Counted from the stretch's first letter, positions 1 through 11,594 are shown. The stretch: DNA of 32,000 nucleotides from Candidatus Nitrospira inopinata (GCF_001458695.1 NZ_LN885086.1:1980001-2012000), one strand, 5' to 3'. Numbers and translations: made by a program. Notes: generated by a model not told the origin, from the sequence alone.

Positions 1-2
1 GC

Positions 3-902
3 ATTCACGACGTCATCCGTCGTGAGTACCTGGCGAAGCTTCACGAGGTCACAGGCCGAAACGTGATCGTGTACTACTCCGGCTGGCTCCAGAAGCCCGG
101 CCTCCCAGGTGTTCACGTCAATGACGCAGACAAGAACGGTTTCATGACGGCGATCCACCAGCTTGATCGGTCGAAGGGACTTGATTTGCTCTTGCACACG
201 CCGGGCGGGGAGACCGCCGCCACCGAGTCATTAGTGGACTACCTGTATTCGATGTTCGGACCGAATATACGTGCGATCGTGCCGCAGATCGCTCTCTCCG
301 CCGGGACAATGATCGCGTGCGCTACACGCGAGATTCTCATGGGCAGGCACTCAAGCCTGGGGCCAATCGATCCACAGTTCGGCCCAACGCCAGCTCACGG
401 AATTATCGAAGAGTTCAAGCGAGCCCATGCGGAGATCAAGGCCGATCCGTCGAAGATCCACGTCTGGCAGCCGATTATTGCGAAGTACGCGCCGACGCTC
501 ATCGGCGAATGCGAAAAGGCGATCAAGTGGTCTATCGACATGACGCGGGACTGGCTTCTTCGCGTGATGCTCGCCGACGAGCCCGATGCTAAGGCGAAGG
601 CAGACGCGATCCTGGCAGAACTCGCGGATCACGCACTAACGCTGTCGCATGCGAGGCACCTGTCGGCGGAGAAGTGCAAGGCGCTCGGCCTGAAGATCAC
701 TATGTTGGAAAGTGACCAGAGATTGCAGGAGGCGGTCCTATCGGTCCACCATGCTCTGATTCACACTCTCGGGGCGACAGGTGCCTTCAAGATCATCGAG
801 AACCACCTCGGCGTTGCGTTCATTCAGATGGCGCAGACTGTCATCATGCACGGGCCAGCGGGGCAGCCGCCGGTCGCTGAGCTCGCGCCGCATGACGTCT
901 AA
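3..902 (+). CDS. SDH-family Clp-fold serine protease (SppA/ClpP-like), 5'-truncated by the window edge
   Basis: The frame is open from nt 3 (IHDVIRREYLAKLHEVTGRN...), so the 63..902 track ORF is only the part after an internal GTG. Family-typical motifs: LLLHTPGGE, IALSAGTMIA, LGPIDPQ. TAA at 900-902. Assignment from recalled similarity only. Confidence 0.7.
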   Translation: MHDVIRREYLAKLHEVTGRNVIVYYSGWLQKPGLPGVHVNDADKNGFMTAIHQLDRSKGLDLLLHTPGGETAATESLVDYLYSMFGPNIRAIVPQIALSAGTMIACATREILMGRHSSLGPIDPQFGPTPAHGIIEEFKRAHAEIKADPSKIHVWQPIIAKYAPTLIGECEKAIKWSIDMTRDWLLRVMLADEPDAKAKADAILAELADHALTLSHARHLSAEKCKALGLKITMLESDQRLQEAVLSVHHALIHTLGATGAFKIIENHLGVAFIQMAQTVIMHGPAGQPPVAELAPHDV

Positions 903-1013
903 CATGCCGTTCGACCCGACGAGCGCCCTTCCTCGCCTTCGGCTCGGTCGGCCGCTCGCGGGTCAACGCCGGCGTTAGGCATCAACCGCCGCATTACACG
1001 CAGGAGTTTGTCC

Positions 1014-2375
1014 ATGCACAGTCGCAGACGGGGTATCTTTGGCGCATTGCTGCTTATTAGTTTTTGGCCGACACTCGCGCCCTTGGCTCAATCCACCGAA
1101 CCGCCGACAGCGGTCCTGTTCGAGAACGTGCGGGTGTTCGACGGCAAGTCCGACCGGCTTTCCGCGCCGCAGAACGTGCTTGTCGTCGGCAACAAGATTC
1201 AGTCGATTTCGACCGGCGCGATCTCGCCGCCCGCCGGCTCGCGGCTGACGCGGATCGCCGGCGGCGGGCGCACGTTGATGCCGGGGCTGATTGACGCGCA
1301 CACGCACATCGTGATGTCGACGATTCCGCTGGAGTTGGCGATGACCGCCGATCCCAACTACGTGCAGCTACGCGCCGTGAAGGCCGCCGACGAAATGCTG
1401 ATGCGGGGCTTTACCGCCATTCGGGAGGTGGGCGGCAACAGCTTCGGTCTGAAGCGCGCCATCGACGAGGGCCACCTGCGCGGGCCGCGCATCTGGCCGT
1501 CGGGCGCGACCATCTCGCAGACCTCGGGCCACGGCGACTTCCGCTCCCCTTGGCACGACGTGCCGCGGGCCAGCGGTACCCTGCACTGGAGCGAGCGCGC
1601 CGGGCACACGGCCATCGCCGACGGCGTCGACGAGGTGACGCTCCGGGTGCGCGAGCAGCTGATGCGTGGCGCCAGCCACATCAAGCTGCATGCCGGCGGC
1701 GGAGTCTCGACCGATTTCGACCCACTCGACGTGACCCAGTATTTCGAGGCCGAGATCAATGCTGCTGTGCGCGCGGCCGAGAACTGGGGCACCTATGTCA
1801 CCGTGCACGCCTACACGCCGCGGGCGATCCAGGTAGCGGTGAACGCTGGCGTCAAGTCGCTTGAGCACGGCAACCTGATCGACGACGCCACCGCCAAGCT
1901 GCTGGCCGACAAGGGCGTGTGGTGGTGTCTGCAGCCGTTCCTCGACGATGAAGACGCGATTCCGTTTCCGGCCGGCTCGCCGAACCGCCGCAAGCAGTTG
2001 CAGATGGTCGCCGGCACCGAGCGCGCCTACGAGCTGGCCAAGAAGCACAAGGTGAAGCTCGCGTTCGGCACCGACACGCTCTTCGACGCCAGGCTCGCCA
2101 CCCGCCAGGGCGCACAGCTCGCCAAACTCACACGCTGGTTCACGCCGGCCGAGGTGCTGAAGATCGCCACCGGCAACAACGGCGAGCTGCTGCAACTTTC
2201 GGGTGAGCGCAGCCCCTACCCGGGCAAGATCGGCGTAGTTGAGACCGGGGCGTTAGCCGACCTGCTGCTGGTCGACGGAGACCCGACCGCCAACATCCGA
2301 CTGATCGAGGATCCGGCCAAGAACTTCCTCGTGATCATGAAGGACGGCAAGCTCTATCGAAATCTGCTGCCCTGA
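1014..2375 (+). CDS. Secreted metal-dependent amidohydrolase (COG1228 / imidazolonepropionase-like superfamily)
   Basis: ATG 1014 lies 7 nt after AGGAG (1002-1006); the track start at 1008 is a TTG. Signal-like N-terminus IFGALLLISFWPTLAPLAQS. Amidohydrolase metal-ligand contexts: LIDAHTHI, VTVHAYT, LEHGN, AFGTDT. Confidence 0.8.
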   Translation: MHSRRRGIFGALLLISFWPTLAPLAQSTEPPTAVLFENVRVFDGKSDRLSAPQNVLVVGNKIQSISTGAISPPAGSRLTRIAGGGRTLMPGLIDAHTHIVMSTIPLELAMTADPNYVQLRAVKAADEMLMRGFTAIREVGGNSFGLKRAIDEGHLRGPRIWPSGATISQTSGHGDFRSPWHDVPRASGTLHWSERAGHTAIADGVDEVTLRVREQLMRGASHIKLHAGGGVSTDFDPLDVTQYFEAEINAAVRAAENWGTYVTVHAYTPRAIQVAVNAGVKSLEHGNLIDDATAKLLADKGVWWCLQPFLDDEDAIPFPAGSPNRRKQLQMVAGTERAYELAKKHKVKLAFGTDTLFDARLATRQGAQLAKLTRWFTPAEVLKIATGNNGELLQLSGERSPYPGKIGVVETGALADLLLVDGDPTANIRLIEDPAKNFLVIMKDGKLYRNLLP

Positions 2376-2384
2376 CCATCTGAT

Positions 2385-2450
2385 GCCTAACAAGCGCTCG
2401 CAGCGGACACCCGTAAGCGGGCGCCCCCTGAAGCGCAACGTTAGGCGTTT
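2385..2450 (+). terminator. Long imperfect hairpin followed by a T-run, 10 nt after the amidohydrolase stop
   Basis: Outer stem GCCTAAC (2385-2391) / GTTAGGC (2440-2446). Inner GCGC/GCGC (2394-2397 / 2433-2436). Apical CCCG-TAAG-CGGG (2410-2421). Followed by GTTTT (2447-2451). Confidence 0.35.
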
Positions 2451-2465
2451 TAACGAGCTTCGTAG

Positions 2466-2687
2466 ATGAAGGAATGTCTCGCTAATCGATGGTTCAAGGT
2501 CGGCTTCTGGCTGGCGGTGCTCGGCTGGAGTCCGTTGTGGGTAATCGTGCTGTTGGCTGACATTGGCCTGTGGCCGGATCCAAACCCAAATCCTATCGGT
2601 CCTGGGCTTCTGTTCTTCTTTACGTTCTGGCCTGCGGTAATCTTGCTGGGCATTGGTGTATTTCAGGTGCGGCGTCAGCGCAAGTAA
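2466..2687 (+). CDS. Hypothetical small membrane protein (73 aa, two predicted TM helices)
   Basis: ATG-initiated ORF with two hydrophobic stretches (FKVGFWLAVLGWSPLWVIVLLADIGLW; GLLFFFTFWPAVILLGIGVF) and a basic C-terminus RRQRK. No clear Shine-Dalgarno. No family recognised. Confidence 0.4.
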   Translation: MKECLANRWFKVGFWLAVLGWSPLWVIVLLADIGLWPDPNPNPIGPGLLFFFTFWPAVILLGIGVFQVRRQRK

Positions 2688-2735
2688 GAGAGACTGCGGA
2701 GGGAAAATGGGGTCAGACACGATTAACGCCAGCTT

Positions 2736-3921
2736 TGCCGGGTTCTACGGGTTCTACCCCGTTTCCACGGACACCTGAGTTAAGCGTTGCTTCCCCTCTT
2801 GCTGAACCGCCAGTCTTCGCCGCTGGCGGGGATTGTGCCAGCGTTCAATGTAGTCAAAGAGATCCGCTCTTGCCTCGGCTCTCGTCCGGTACGGCCGCCG
2901 GTTCACCCGCTCGCGTTTGAGCACGCCGAAGAAACTCTCGGCCGCCGCATTATCGGCACAACTGCCCACCGCACTCATGCTGCAGGTAATGTGGTGCGCC
3001 GCCAAGAAGGACTGATATTCTTCCGACGTAAATTGACAGCCGCGATCGGAATGGAGAATGACCGGTGTCCGACCCGGTCGCTGCCACACCGCCATCAACA
3101 CCGCCTGCATGACGAGGTGCCGGTCCTGTCGTGGACTCATCGACCCGCCCACGACCACCCCCGAATGCAAATCCAGCACGATGCAGAGATAGAGCCAGTG
3201 TTCGGCGGTGCGGATGTAGGTGATGTCGGTGACCCATTTGGTGTTGGGGGCCGTGGCGGTAAAGTCTCGCTCCAAATGGTTCTGTGTCCCAGCCGGCGGG
3301 AGGCCAGAAGTCTTCCGCCGCTGCGGCACCCCCTGCAAGCCGGCCCGGCGCATTAAGCGGGCCACCCGGTGGCGGCCACAGCGCTCGCTGGCGTAGCGGA
3401 GTTCCTCCCACATCCGGGGACTGCCGAGCACACCATCATGCTCGGTATGCAGTTCCCGCATGCGCCGCACCAGCCGGGCGTTCTCCGCCGTCCGCCTACT
3501 TGGCGTGCGGGTCGCCCAGCCGTCATCCCCGCTGGCCGACACCCGCAAACAGCGGCCCATCCATCGGATGGGAAACGCATCGCGGCCTCGTTGGATCATC
3601 CGATCCTTCATCGCGCCGCTTTCGCGATGCACGCGGCCGCTGCGCGCAAAAAATCCCGCTCCTTGGTCCCGCGAGCACCCATGGCCCACAAAAGCCTGCT
3701 GGGGCTGACGGCGCAATTCACGCCGCCAGCGTCCCAACACATTGGCCCCAATGCCTCGGTCGGCGGCGATCTGACTCACCGTCACCCCCGGTGCGTCGAG
3801 CATGGCCACCGCTTCTCGCGTGGACTCCGCTGAAAACTTCCGTCGTGCTCCCATGACACCCCTCCTGGCCCATTATGGACCTTACGTGAGGTGTCCGTAA
3901 AATCGGGGCAGAACCCGGTCA
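2736..3921 (-). mobile_element. IS3-family insertion sequence (~1.19 kb), probably a decayed copy
   Basis: Imperfect terminal inverted repeats. Left end from 2736: TGCCGGGTTCTA[CGGGTTCTA]CCCCGTTTCCACGGACACCT. Reverse complement of 3886-3921: TGACCGGGTTCTGCCCCGATTTTACGGACACCT. TG...CA termini. Encloses the transposase ORF. The left IR carries a 9-bp tandem duplication. Flanks (..AGCTT | GCCCG..) show no direct repeat. Confidence 0.8.
2754..3854 (-). CDS. IS3-family transposase with the OrfA and OrfB parts in one continuous frame (likely relic)
   Basis: N-terminal HTH (KFSAESTREAVAML..VSQIAADRGIGANVLGRWRRE). DDE contexts: WVTDITYI, LHSDRGCQFTS, ADNAAAESFF. The segment between GHG and FFA, normally a ~30-aa leucine zipper ahead of the -1 frameshift site, is only 8 aa. 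Several normally conserved positions look substituted (GDDGW where I recall GYYxW). Confidence 0.8.
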   Translation of the reverse strand: MGARRKFSAESTREAVAMLDAPGVTVSQIAADRGIGANVLGRWRRELRRQPQQAFVGHGCSRDQGAGFFARSGRVHRESGAMKDRMIQRGRDAFPIRWMGRCLRVSASGDDGWATRTPSRRTAENARLVRRMRELHTEHDGVLGSPRMWEELRYASERCGRHRVARLMRRAGLQGVPQRRKTSGLPPAGTQNHLERDFTATAPNTKWVTDITYIRTAEHWLYLCIVLDLHSGVVVGGSMSPRQDRHLVMQAVLMAVWQRPGRTPVILHSDRGCQFTSEEYQSFLAAHHITCSMSAVGSCADNAAAESFFGVLKRERVNRRPYRTRAEARADLFDYIERWHNPRQRRRLAVQQEGKQRLTQVSVETG

Positions 3922-4279
3922 GCCCGGACGCGAGGGAAACTGGCTCGCCGGTTAGCTCTGCGTAGGCTTCGGATGAGAAGATCCGCTCCCTTTGTTTCTA
4001 TGGTCCTCGACGCCTTGCTCTATCGGCGGCCGTATCCTTTGCACTAACCAGGTGAAAAACTTCACCGAATCCGGATTCTGTAGGTCAGTCTATCCGTTTC
4101 CGCTTCTTTCGCGACGGCCGGTATTCCACATTGTGCTCGCATGAGCTGCCTCGCTCGATCATTCTACGATGGCCTTCACGCATTTCTGGTGGGGTGCATA
4201 CGAGTTTTTGCCTAGTGATCGAACGCGCTCGACTCATTTGGGAAGCCGCCGGCGATATTGGCCGATACTATCGTTCGCG

Positions 4280-4308
4280 TTGACAGGATGATGCTCCATC
4301 TATATATA
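4280..4308 (+). promoter_or_regulatory. Near-consensus sigma70-type promoter (TTGACA-N17-TATATA)
   Basis: TTGACA at 4280-4285, a 17-nt spacer, then TATATA at 4303-4308. It lies ~190 nt upstream of the ACT-domain gene start (4496) and is the most AT-rich spot in the window. Confidence 0.5.
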
Positions 4309-4317
4309 GATGAGCAT
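4291..4317. repeat. Palindrome overlapping the -10 element (candidate operator)
   Basis: Perfect 16-bp palindrome CATCTATATATAGATG (4297-4312). It extends to ATGCTC(C)ATCTATA|TATAGATGAGCAT with one bulged C. Confidence 0.6.
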
Positions 4318-4495
4318 TCCTCATGCCGAACGGGTGCCGTGCTGTAAGTAAGGCAGTGACATGGTGTTTCCCGACGGATGGTGAGGGCGAGGCGCGAGCA
4401 GGATGCATGTGTTCGCGCCTGAAATTGTATGGTCAAACCTGGACCGTCGGTGAGAGAGCGGAAATCGTCCAAACTTCAATACGGAGTCGCGGGGT

Positions 4496-4906
4496 ATGCC
4501 TACCACTACGCAGTTCGTCGTCAGCAGTCTCAGTAAGCCCGGTGTGTTGGCCAAAGTGGCGTCGGTCTTGGGCGAGGCGGGAGTCAACATCAAGGCGTTT
4601 TCCGCTCCCGAGGTGACCGGCAGGGGCAAACTCCGTCTATTGGTTGCCGACGTCGAGGGGGCCAGGGCTGCGCTCAAGGCGGCAAAGGTCAGATTTGCCG
4701 AAGAGACGGCGCTGTTGCTGAGTCTTGAAAACAAACCGGGCGCGCTCAAAGAAGTGGCCGATCTGTTGAACAAACATCGCATCAACATCAAATGCGGCTA
4801 CTGCACGCCGTCCAGGGAAGGGAAACGGGCTATCGTGGTCCTGACCGTTTCCAACACTAACAAAGCGTTGACGGTCCTTCGCAATCAATCTCTTGATGAG
4901 TTTTGA
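4496..4906 (+). CDS. ACT-domain (tandem ACT) small-molecule-binding protein
   Basis: Two repeats of the ACT pattern (VSSLSKPGVLAKVASVLGEAGVNIKAF.. and LSLENKPGALKEVADLLNKHRINIKC..). GGAG lies 9 nt upstream. The stop is 3 nt before the rlpA ATG. Confidence 0.75.
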   Translation: MPTTTQFVVSSLSKPGVLAKVASVLGEAGVNIKAFSAPEVTGRGKLRLLVADVEGARAALKAAKVRFAEETALLLSLENKPGALKEVADLLNKHRINIKCGYCTPSREGKRAIVVLTVSNTNKALTVLRNQSLDEF

Positions 4907-4909
4907 TCC

Positions 4910-5587
4910 ATGCGGCCTCAGCCGCTTGCACAACTTGCCTTTCGAGCGGCCGTCGCGGCCATGCTGGCGGGCGGTCTCGCGCTTTCCGGGTGTCGATCGT
5001 CACCTCCCCAGACATATTCTCCGGAGTATCCCGTGGGTTATGTCCAGCGGGGGATAGCCTCGTGGTATGGACCTGGTTTCCACGGGAACAAGACCGCCAA
5101 CGGCGAGCGGTATGATATGCACCGGTTGACCGCCGCCCATCGAACATTGCCCCTCGGCTCCATCGCCGTCGTCCGTTCCTTGACGTCCGGCCGTCAAGTG
5201 ACGGTGCGGATCAATGACCGAGGCCCTTTTGTGAGGGGGCGGGTGCTGGATCTGTCGTTGGCTGGTGCAAAAGCCATCGGTATGATGGGAAGAGGGACCG
5301 ATGAGATCGAATTGCGGGTGATCGGCTATTCTCCTCGGCCCGGTGGCCCGGGAGCGCTCAGGGTGCAGATCGGCTCGTTCGCCGATCCGGAGAATGCCAA
5401 AACGCTTCTCTCCCAGGCCCAGGTGGAGTTTCCGGGCGGTCGCATTACCCGAGTTGATTTGCCGGAAGGACGTCGCTATCGGGTTCAGATCGGGCAATTC
5501 AGAACGGAGGCTGAAGCCCAAGCCGCCTCCGCTCGTTTGGACCGCAAGCTGAATGTCGAGTCGTTTGTCGTGCGGGACGATGGATAA
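4910..5587 (+). CDS. rlpA: Septal-ring lytic transglycosylase RlpA (lipoprotein with DPBB and SPOR domains)
   Basis: Lipobox LALSGC. DPBB core GIASWYGPGFHGNKTANGERYD...VRINDRGPF. C-terminal SPOR-like repeat (LRVQIGSFADPENA...YRVQIGQFRTEAEA). Confidence 0.9.
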   Translation: MRPQPLAQLAFRAAVAAMLAGGLALSGCRSSPPQTYSPEYPVGYVQRGIASWYGPGFHGNKTANGERYDMHRLTAAHRTLPLGSIAVVRSLTSGRQVTVRINDRGPFVRGRVLDLSLAGAKAIGMMGRGTDEIELRVIGYSPRPGGPGALRVQIGSFADPENAKTLLSQAQVEFPGGRITRVDLPEGRRYRVQIGQFRTEAEAQAASARLDRKLNVESFVVRDDG

Positions 5588-5806
5588 AACAACCGAGCAG
5601 ATGATTGCAATTCATTGATTTATTTTGCATTTTTTGCGAATCCCTTGCCTCGACTCCTCCCCTGTGGTAGATGTATCGGTGCTGGAGAACATTGGAAATC
5701 CGTAGGAGACTCCCCAAAATGGTGATACAACTTGCTCCTCGTCATGATGCACGCCTGGTTTCCCGACAGTCCGCTTCGATAGAACATCCTTAAGCAACGA
5801 TCACAA

Positions 5807-9257
<3,451 letters not shown>

Positions 9258-9346
9258 AATCCTTTCTCCGGGAGGCTGCCCAAGATCGGCCGAGGAGGCG
9301 GTTGTATGAAGTCTCGAGGGGTGAGGGTCGTCGGAAGGAGGAAGTG

Positions 9347-10021
9347 ATGGCAAGAGATGTGGCGACGGTCAATCGGAAGACATGGAAGCGAAAGGCATGG
9401 AAGGTGCTGCGAAGTTCGCCGGCCGGCATCCTGGTCACGTGCGGCCTGCTGCTCGGCGGATGCGTGGTGCTGGAAGAGAAATACGATGCGGAAAAGGCGC
9501 GGAGCCTGAATTTTCAGCGATTGCTGGCTCAAGAAGAACGGCGGGCCGCGGAATTGGAGAGCGAGGTCAAGCGGACCAAGCGCGAATTGCTCGAGTTCGA
9601 GGCTCGCAACCGGGAATTGCTGGCGCAAATCCAGTCGATCCGCGAGCAAATGACGCGCCTCCAGGAAGAGACCGAAGCCGTGAAGGAAGCGGCGCTCCTT
9701 GAGCGGAAGGCCATGGAGGAGATGCGCAAACTGAGCGGTCAGACGGCAAAGCCGAAAAAATCGGACTTGCCGGCCGAGTCGCCGCCCTCCGGCGATAGGC
9801 CCCAGCCGACTCCACCGAAAACGGCGAAAGGCGTGGACATGCCCAAAGAGCCGATTGCATCCGGCAAGGGAGGGACGATCATCCATGTCGTGAAGCCGGG
9901 GGAGACGCTGTTTCGCATCAGCCGGCGCTACGGGATCGAAACCGAGAAATTGAGGCAGATGAATAAGCTGCCGGACGACATCATCGAAGTCGGCCAGCGG
10001 TTGATCGTGGGAATCGAGTAA
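9347..10021 (+). CDS. LysM-domain lipoprotein with a coiled-coil segment
   Basis: ATG 9347 lies behind a strong SD (GGAAGGAGGAAG). Lipobox LLLGGC. Heptad-rich EERRAAELESEVKRTKRELLEFEARNRELLAQ... Pro-rich linker. C-terminal LysM (HVVKPGETLFRISRRYGIETEKLRQMNKL..IEVGQRL). Confidence 0.8.
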   Translation: MARDVATVNRKTWKRKAWKVLRSSPAGILVTCGLLLGGCVVLEEKYDAEKARSLNFQRLLAQEERRAAELESEVKRTKRELLEFEARNRELLAQIQSIREQMTRLQEETEAVKEAALLERKAMEEMRKLSGQTAKPKKSDLPAESPPSGDRPQPTPPKTAKGVDMPKEPIASGKGGTIIHVVKPGETLFRISRRYGIETEKLRQMNKLPDDIIEVGQRLIVGIE

Positions 10022-10034
10022 CGGGTCGCGCGGA

Positions 10035-11531
10035 ATGGGATCGCAATCGTATTCGCTCAGCTTTGAGGACTTTCGTTCCCGCACGAAGGAGGGGAATCTC
10101 ATTCCGTTGTATCGGGAGATTTTGGCGGACCACGATACGCCGGTGTCCGCCTTCGCCAAGATCGATCACGGCCCGTCGGCTTATCTGCTCGAAAGCATTC
10201 AAGGGGGAGAGAAGTGGGCGCGGTATTCCTTTTTGGGAAGCGGCGCCACGACCGTGATCGTTGAAGATCGGGGCGATCTCCTTGTCAAGGAAGGGAAACG
10301 GACGAGACGGATTCCAGGGCGCGGCGCTCCTCTCGATCGGTTGCGGGAATTCATGGAGGCCTATCGGCCCGTGACGGTTCCCGGTCTGCCTCGTTTCGTC
10401 GGGGGAGTCGTCGGCTATATCGGCTACGACATGGTGAAGACGTTCGAGGACATTCCGTCCCGGCCGAAGGAGCGTCTCGACTTGCCGGACTTCGCCCTGT
10501 TGTTGACCGAAACGCTGCTGATCTTCGACAACGTTTCGCAAAACATCAAGGTCGTGGCCAATGCGCACGTCAAAAGCTCATCCGATCGCGACGTTCGCTC
10601 CGCGTATCGGGCCGCGATCGGCAACATCGAAAAGATGATCGCCCGGTTGCGTCGTCCTCATCGACAGTCGCCGCCCAAGCGCCGTCGCGCTCCTCTCCGT
10701 TTTACGCCGAACATGAGCAAGGCGGACTTTGAGAAGATGGTGGAGACGGCGAAAGAGTACATCAAGGCCGGAGACATTTTTCAGTGCGTGTTGTCCCAAC
10801 GGTGGGAGACCAACCTTCAGGCGCCGCCGTTTCAACTCTATCGGGCGCTGCGCGTCGTCAATCCGTCGCCGTACATGTATTATCTGCGCCTCGCCGGCGT
10901 CGAGCTGATCGGGTCCTCGCCGGAGATTCTGGTCCGTTGCGAGGACGGGCTCATTTCAGTGCGCCCGATCGCGGGAACCAGGCGCCGCGGAGCGACACCG
11001 GAGGAGGATGCTCAACTGGAGCGGCGTCTCCTCGCCGACGCCAAAGAGCGGGCGGAGCACATCATGCTCGTCGATCTGGGTCGGAACGACGTCGGGCGAG
11101 TGGCCGAACCGGGCTCGGTTCAGGTCGAATCGTTGATGACCGTCGAACGGTACTCGCACGTCATGCACATCGTCTCGAACGTCGTCGGCAAACTGGACAA
11201 GTCCAAAACCGTCTATGATGTGCTGAGGGCCTGTTTTCCGGCCGGAACCGTCTCCGGCGCGCCCAAGATCAGGGCCATGGAAATTATCGAGGAGTTGGAG
11301 CCGACGAAACGGGGTCCCTATGCCGGGGCGGTGGGGTACATCAGTTTTTCCGGCAACATGGACATGTGCATCAACATCCGGACGGTGGTCGTGTTTCGCC
11401 ATCGGGCCTTCATTCAGGCCGGCGCGGGCATCGTCGCCGATTCGAGTCCCGAGCACGAATATGAAGAGACCTGCAACAAGGCCAGGGCCATGATGAAGGC
11501 GATCGAGCTGGCGGAGCAGGGGTTGGAATAG
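10035..11531 (+). CDS. trpE: Anthranilate synthase component I
   Basis: Typical N-terminus (NLIPLYREILADHDTPVSAF) and chorismate-binding C-terminus (GTVSGAPKIRAMEII..LE..KRGPYAGAVGYISFSGNMDMCINIRT). Confidence 0.95.
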   Translation: MGSQSYSLSFEDFRSRTKEGNLIPLYREILADHDTPVSAFAKIDHGPSAYLLESIQGGEKWARYSFLGSGATTVIVEDRGDLLVKEGKRTRRIPGRGAPLDRLREFMEAYRPVTVPGLPRFVGGVVGYIGYDMVKTFEDIPSRPKERLDLPDFALLLTETLLIFDNVSQNIKVVANAHVKSSSDRDVRSAYRAAIGNIEKMIARLRRPHRQSPPKRRRAPLRFTPNMSKADFEKMVETAKEYIKAGDIFQCVLSQRWETNLQAPPFQLYRALRVVNPSPYMYYLRLAGVELIGSSPEILVRCEDGLISVRPIAGTRRRGATPEEDAQLERRLLADAKERAEHIMLVDLGRNDVGRVAEPGSVQVESLMTVERYSHVMHIVSNVVGKLDKSKTVYDVLRACFPAGTVSGAPKIRAMEIIEELEPTKRGPYAGAVGYISFSGNMDMCINIRTVVVFRHRAFIQAGAGIVADSSPEHEYEETCNKARAMMKAIELAEQGLE

Positions 11532-11594
11532 GGTCGGAAGGCGGGGCGCGATGCGGTTGTCGGTGGCAAGCCGGCGATCGGCCCCGTTCACGTT

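Noticed and set aside
3922-4280. tRNA, tmRNA or tRNA-fragment integration target next to the IS, and an integrase or pseudogene remnant.
   Set aside because: No T-arm-like GGTTCGAATCC, no acceptor stem with a CCA context and no cloverleaf could be drawn. Every frame is broken by stops, and I could not recognise any protein-like stretch.
4323-4616. 97-aa ORF starting in the leader and overlapping the start of the ACT-domain gene.
   Set aside because: It has Cys/Arg/Ser-rich low-complexity translation and no SD. It overlaps a well-supported gene in another frame.
5588-5806. Possible Mg-sensing (M-box-like) or other riboswitch, or a promoter, in the AT-rich 219-bp region upstream of the CNNM/CorB-type transporter.
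   Set aside because: I could not find the conserved M-box core as I remember it, nor a convincing -35/-10 pair or stable helices. The only feature is a run of TTGCA/TTGCG repeats. This is worth a cmsearch but is not supportable by eye.
9258-10034. Classical trp attenuator or leader peptide upstream of trpE.
   Set aside because: The trpE ATG follows the LysM gene stop by 13 nt, so there is no room for a leader. The only uORF (9306-9347) has no Trp codons and no terminator/antiterminator hairpins follow it.
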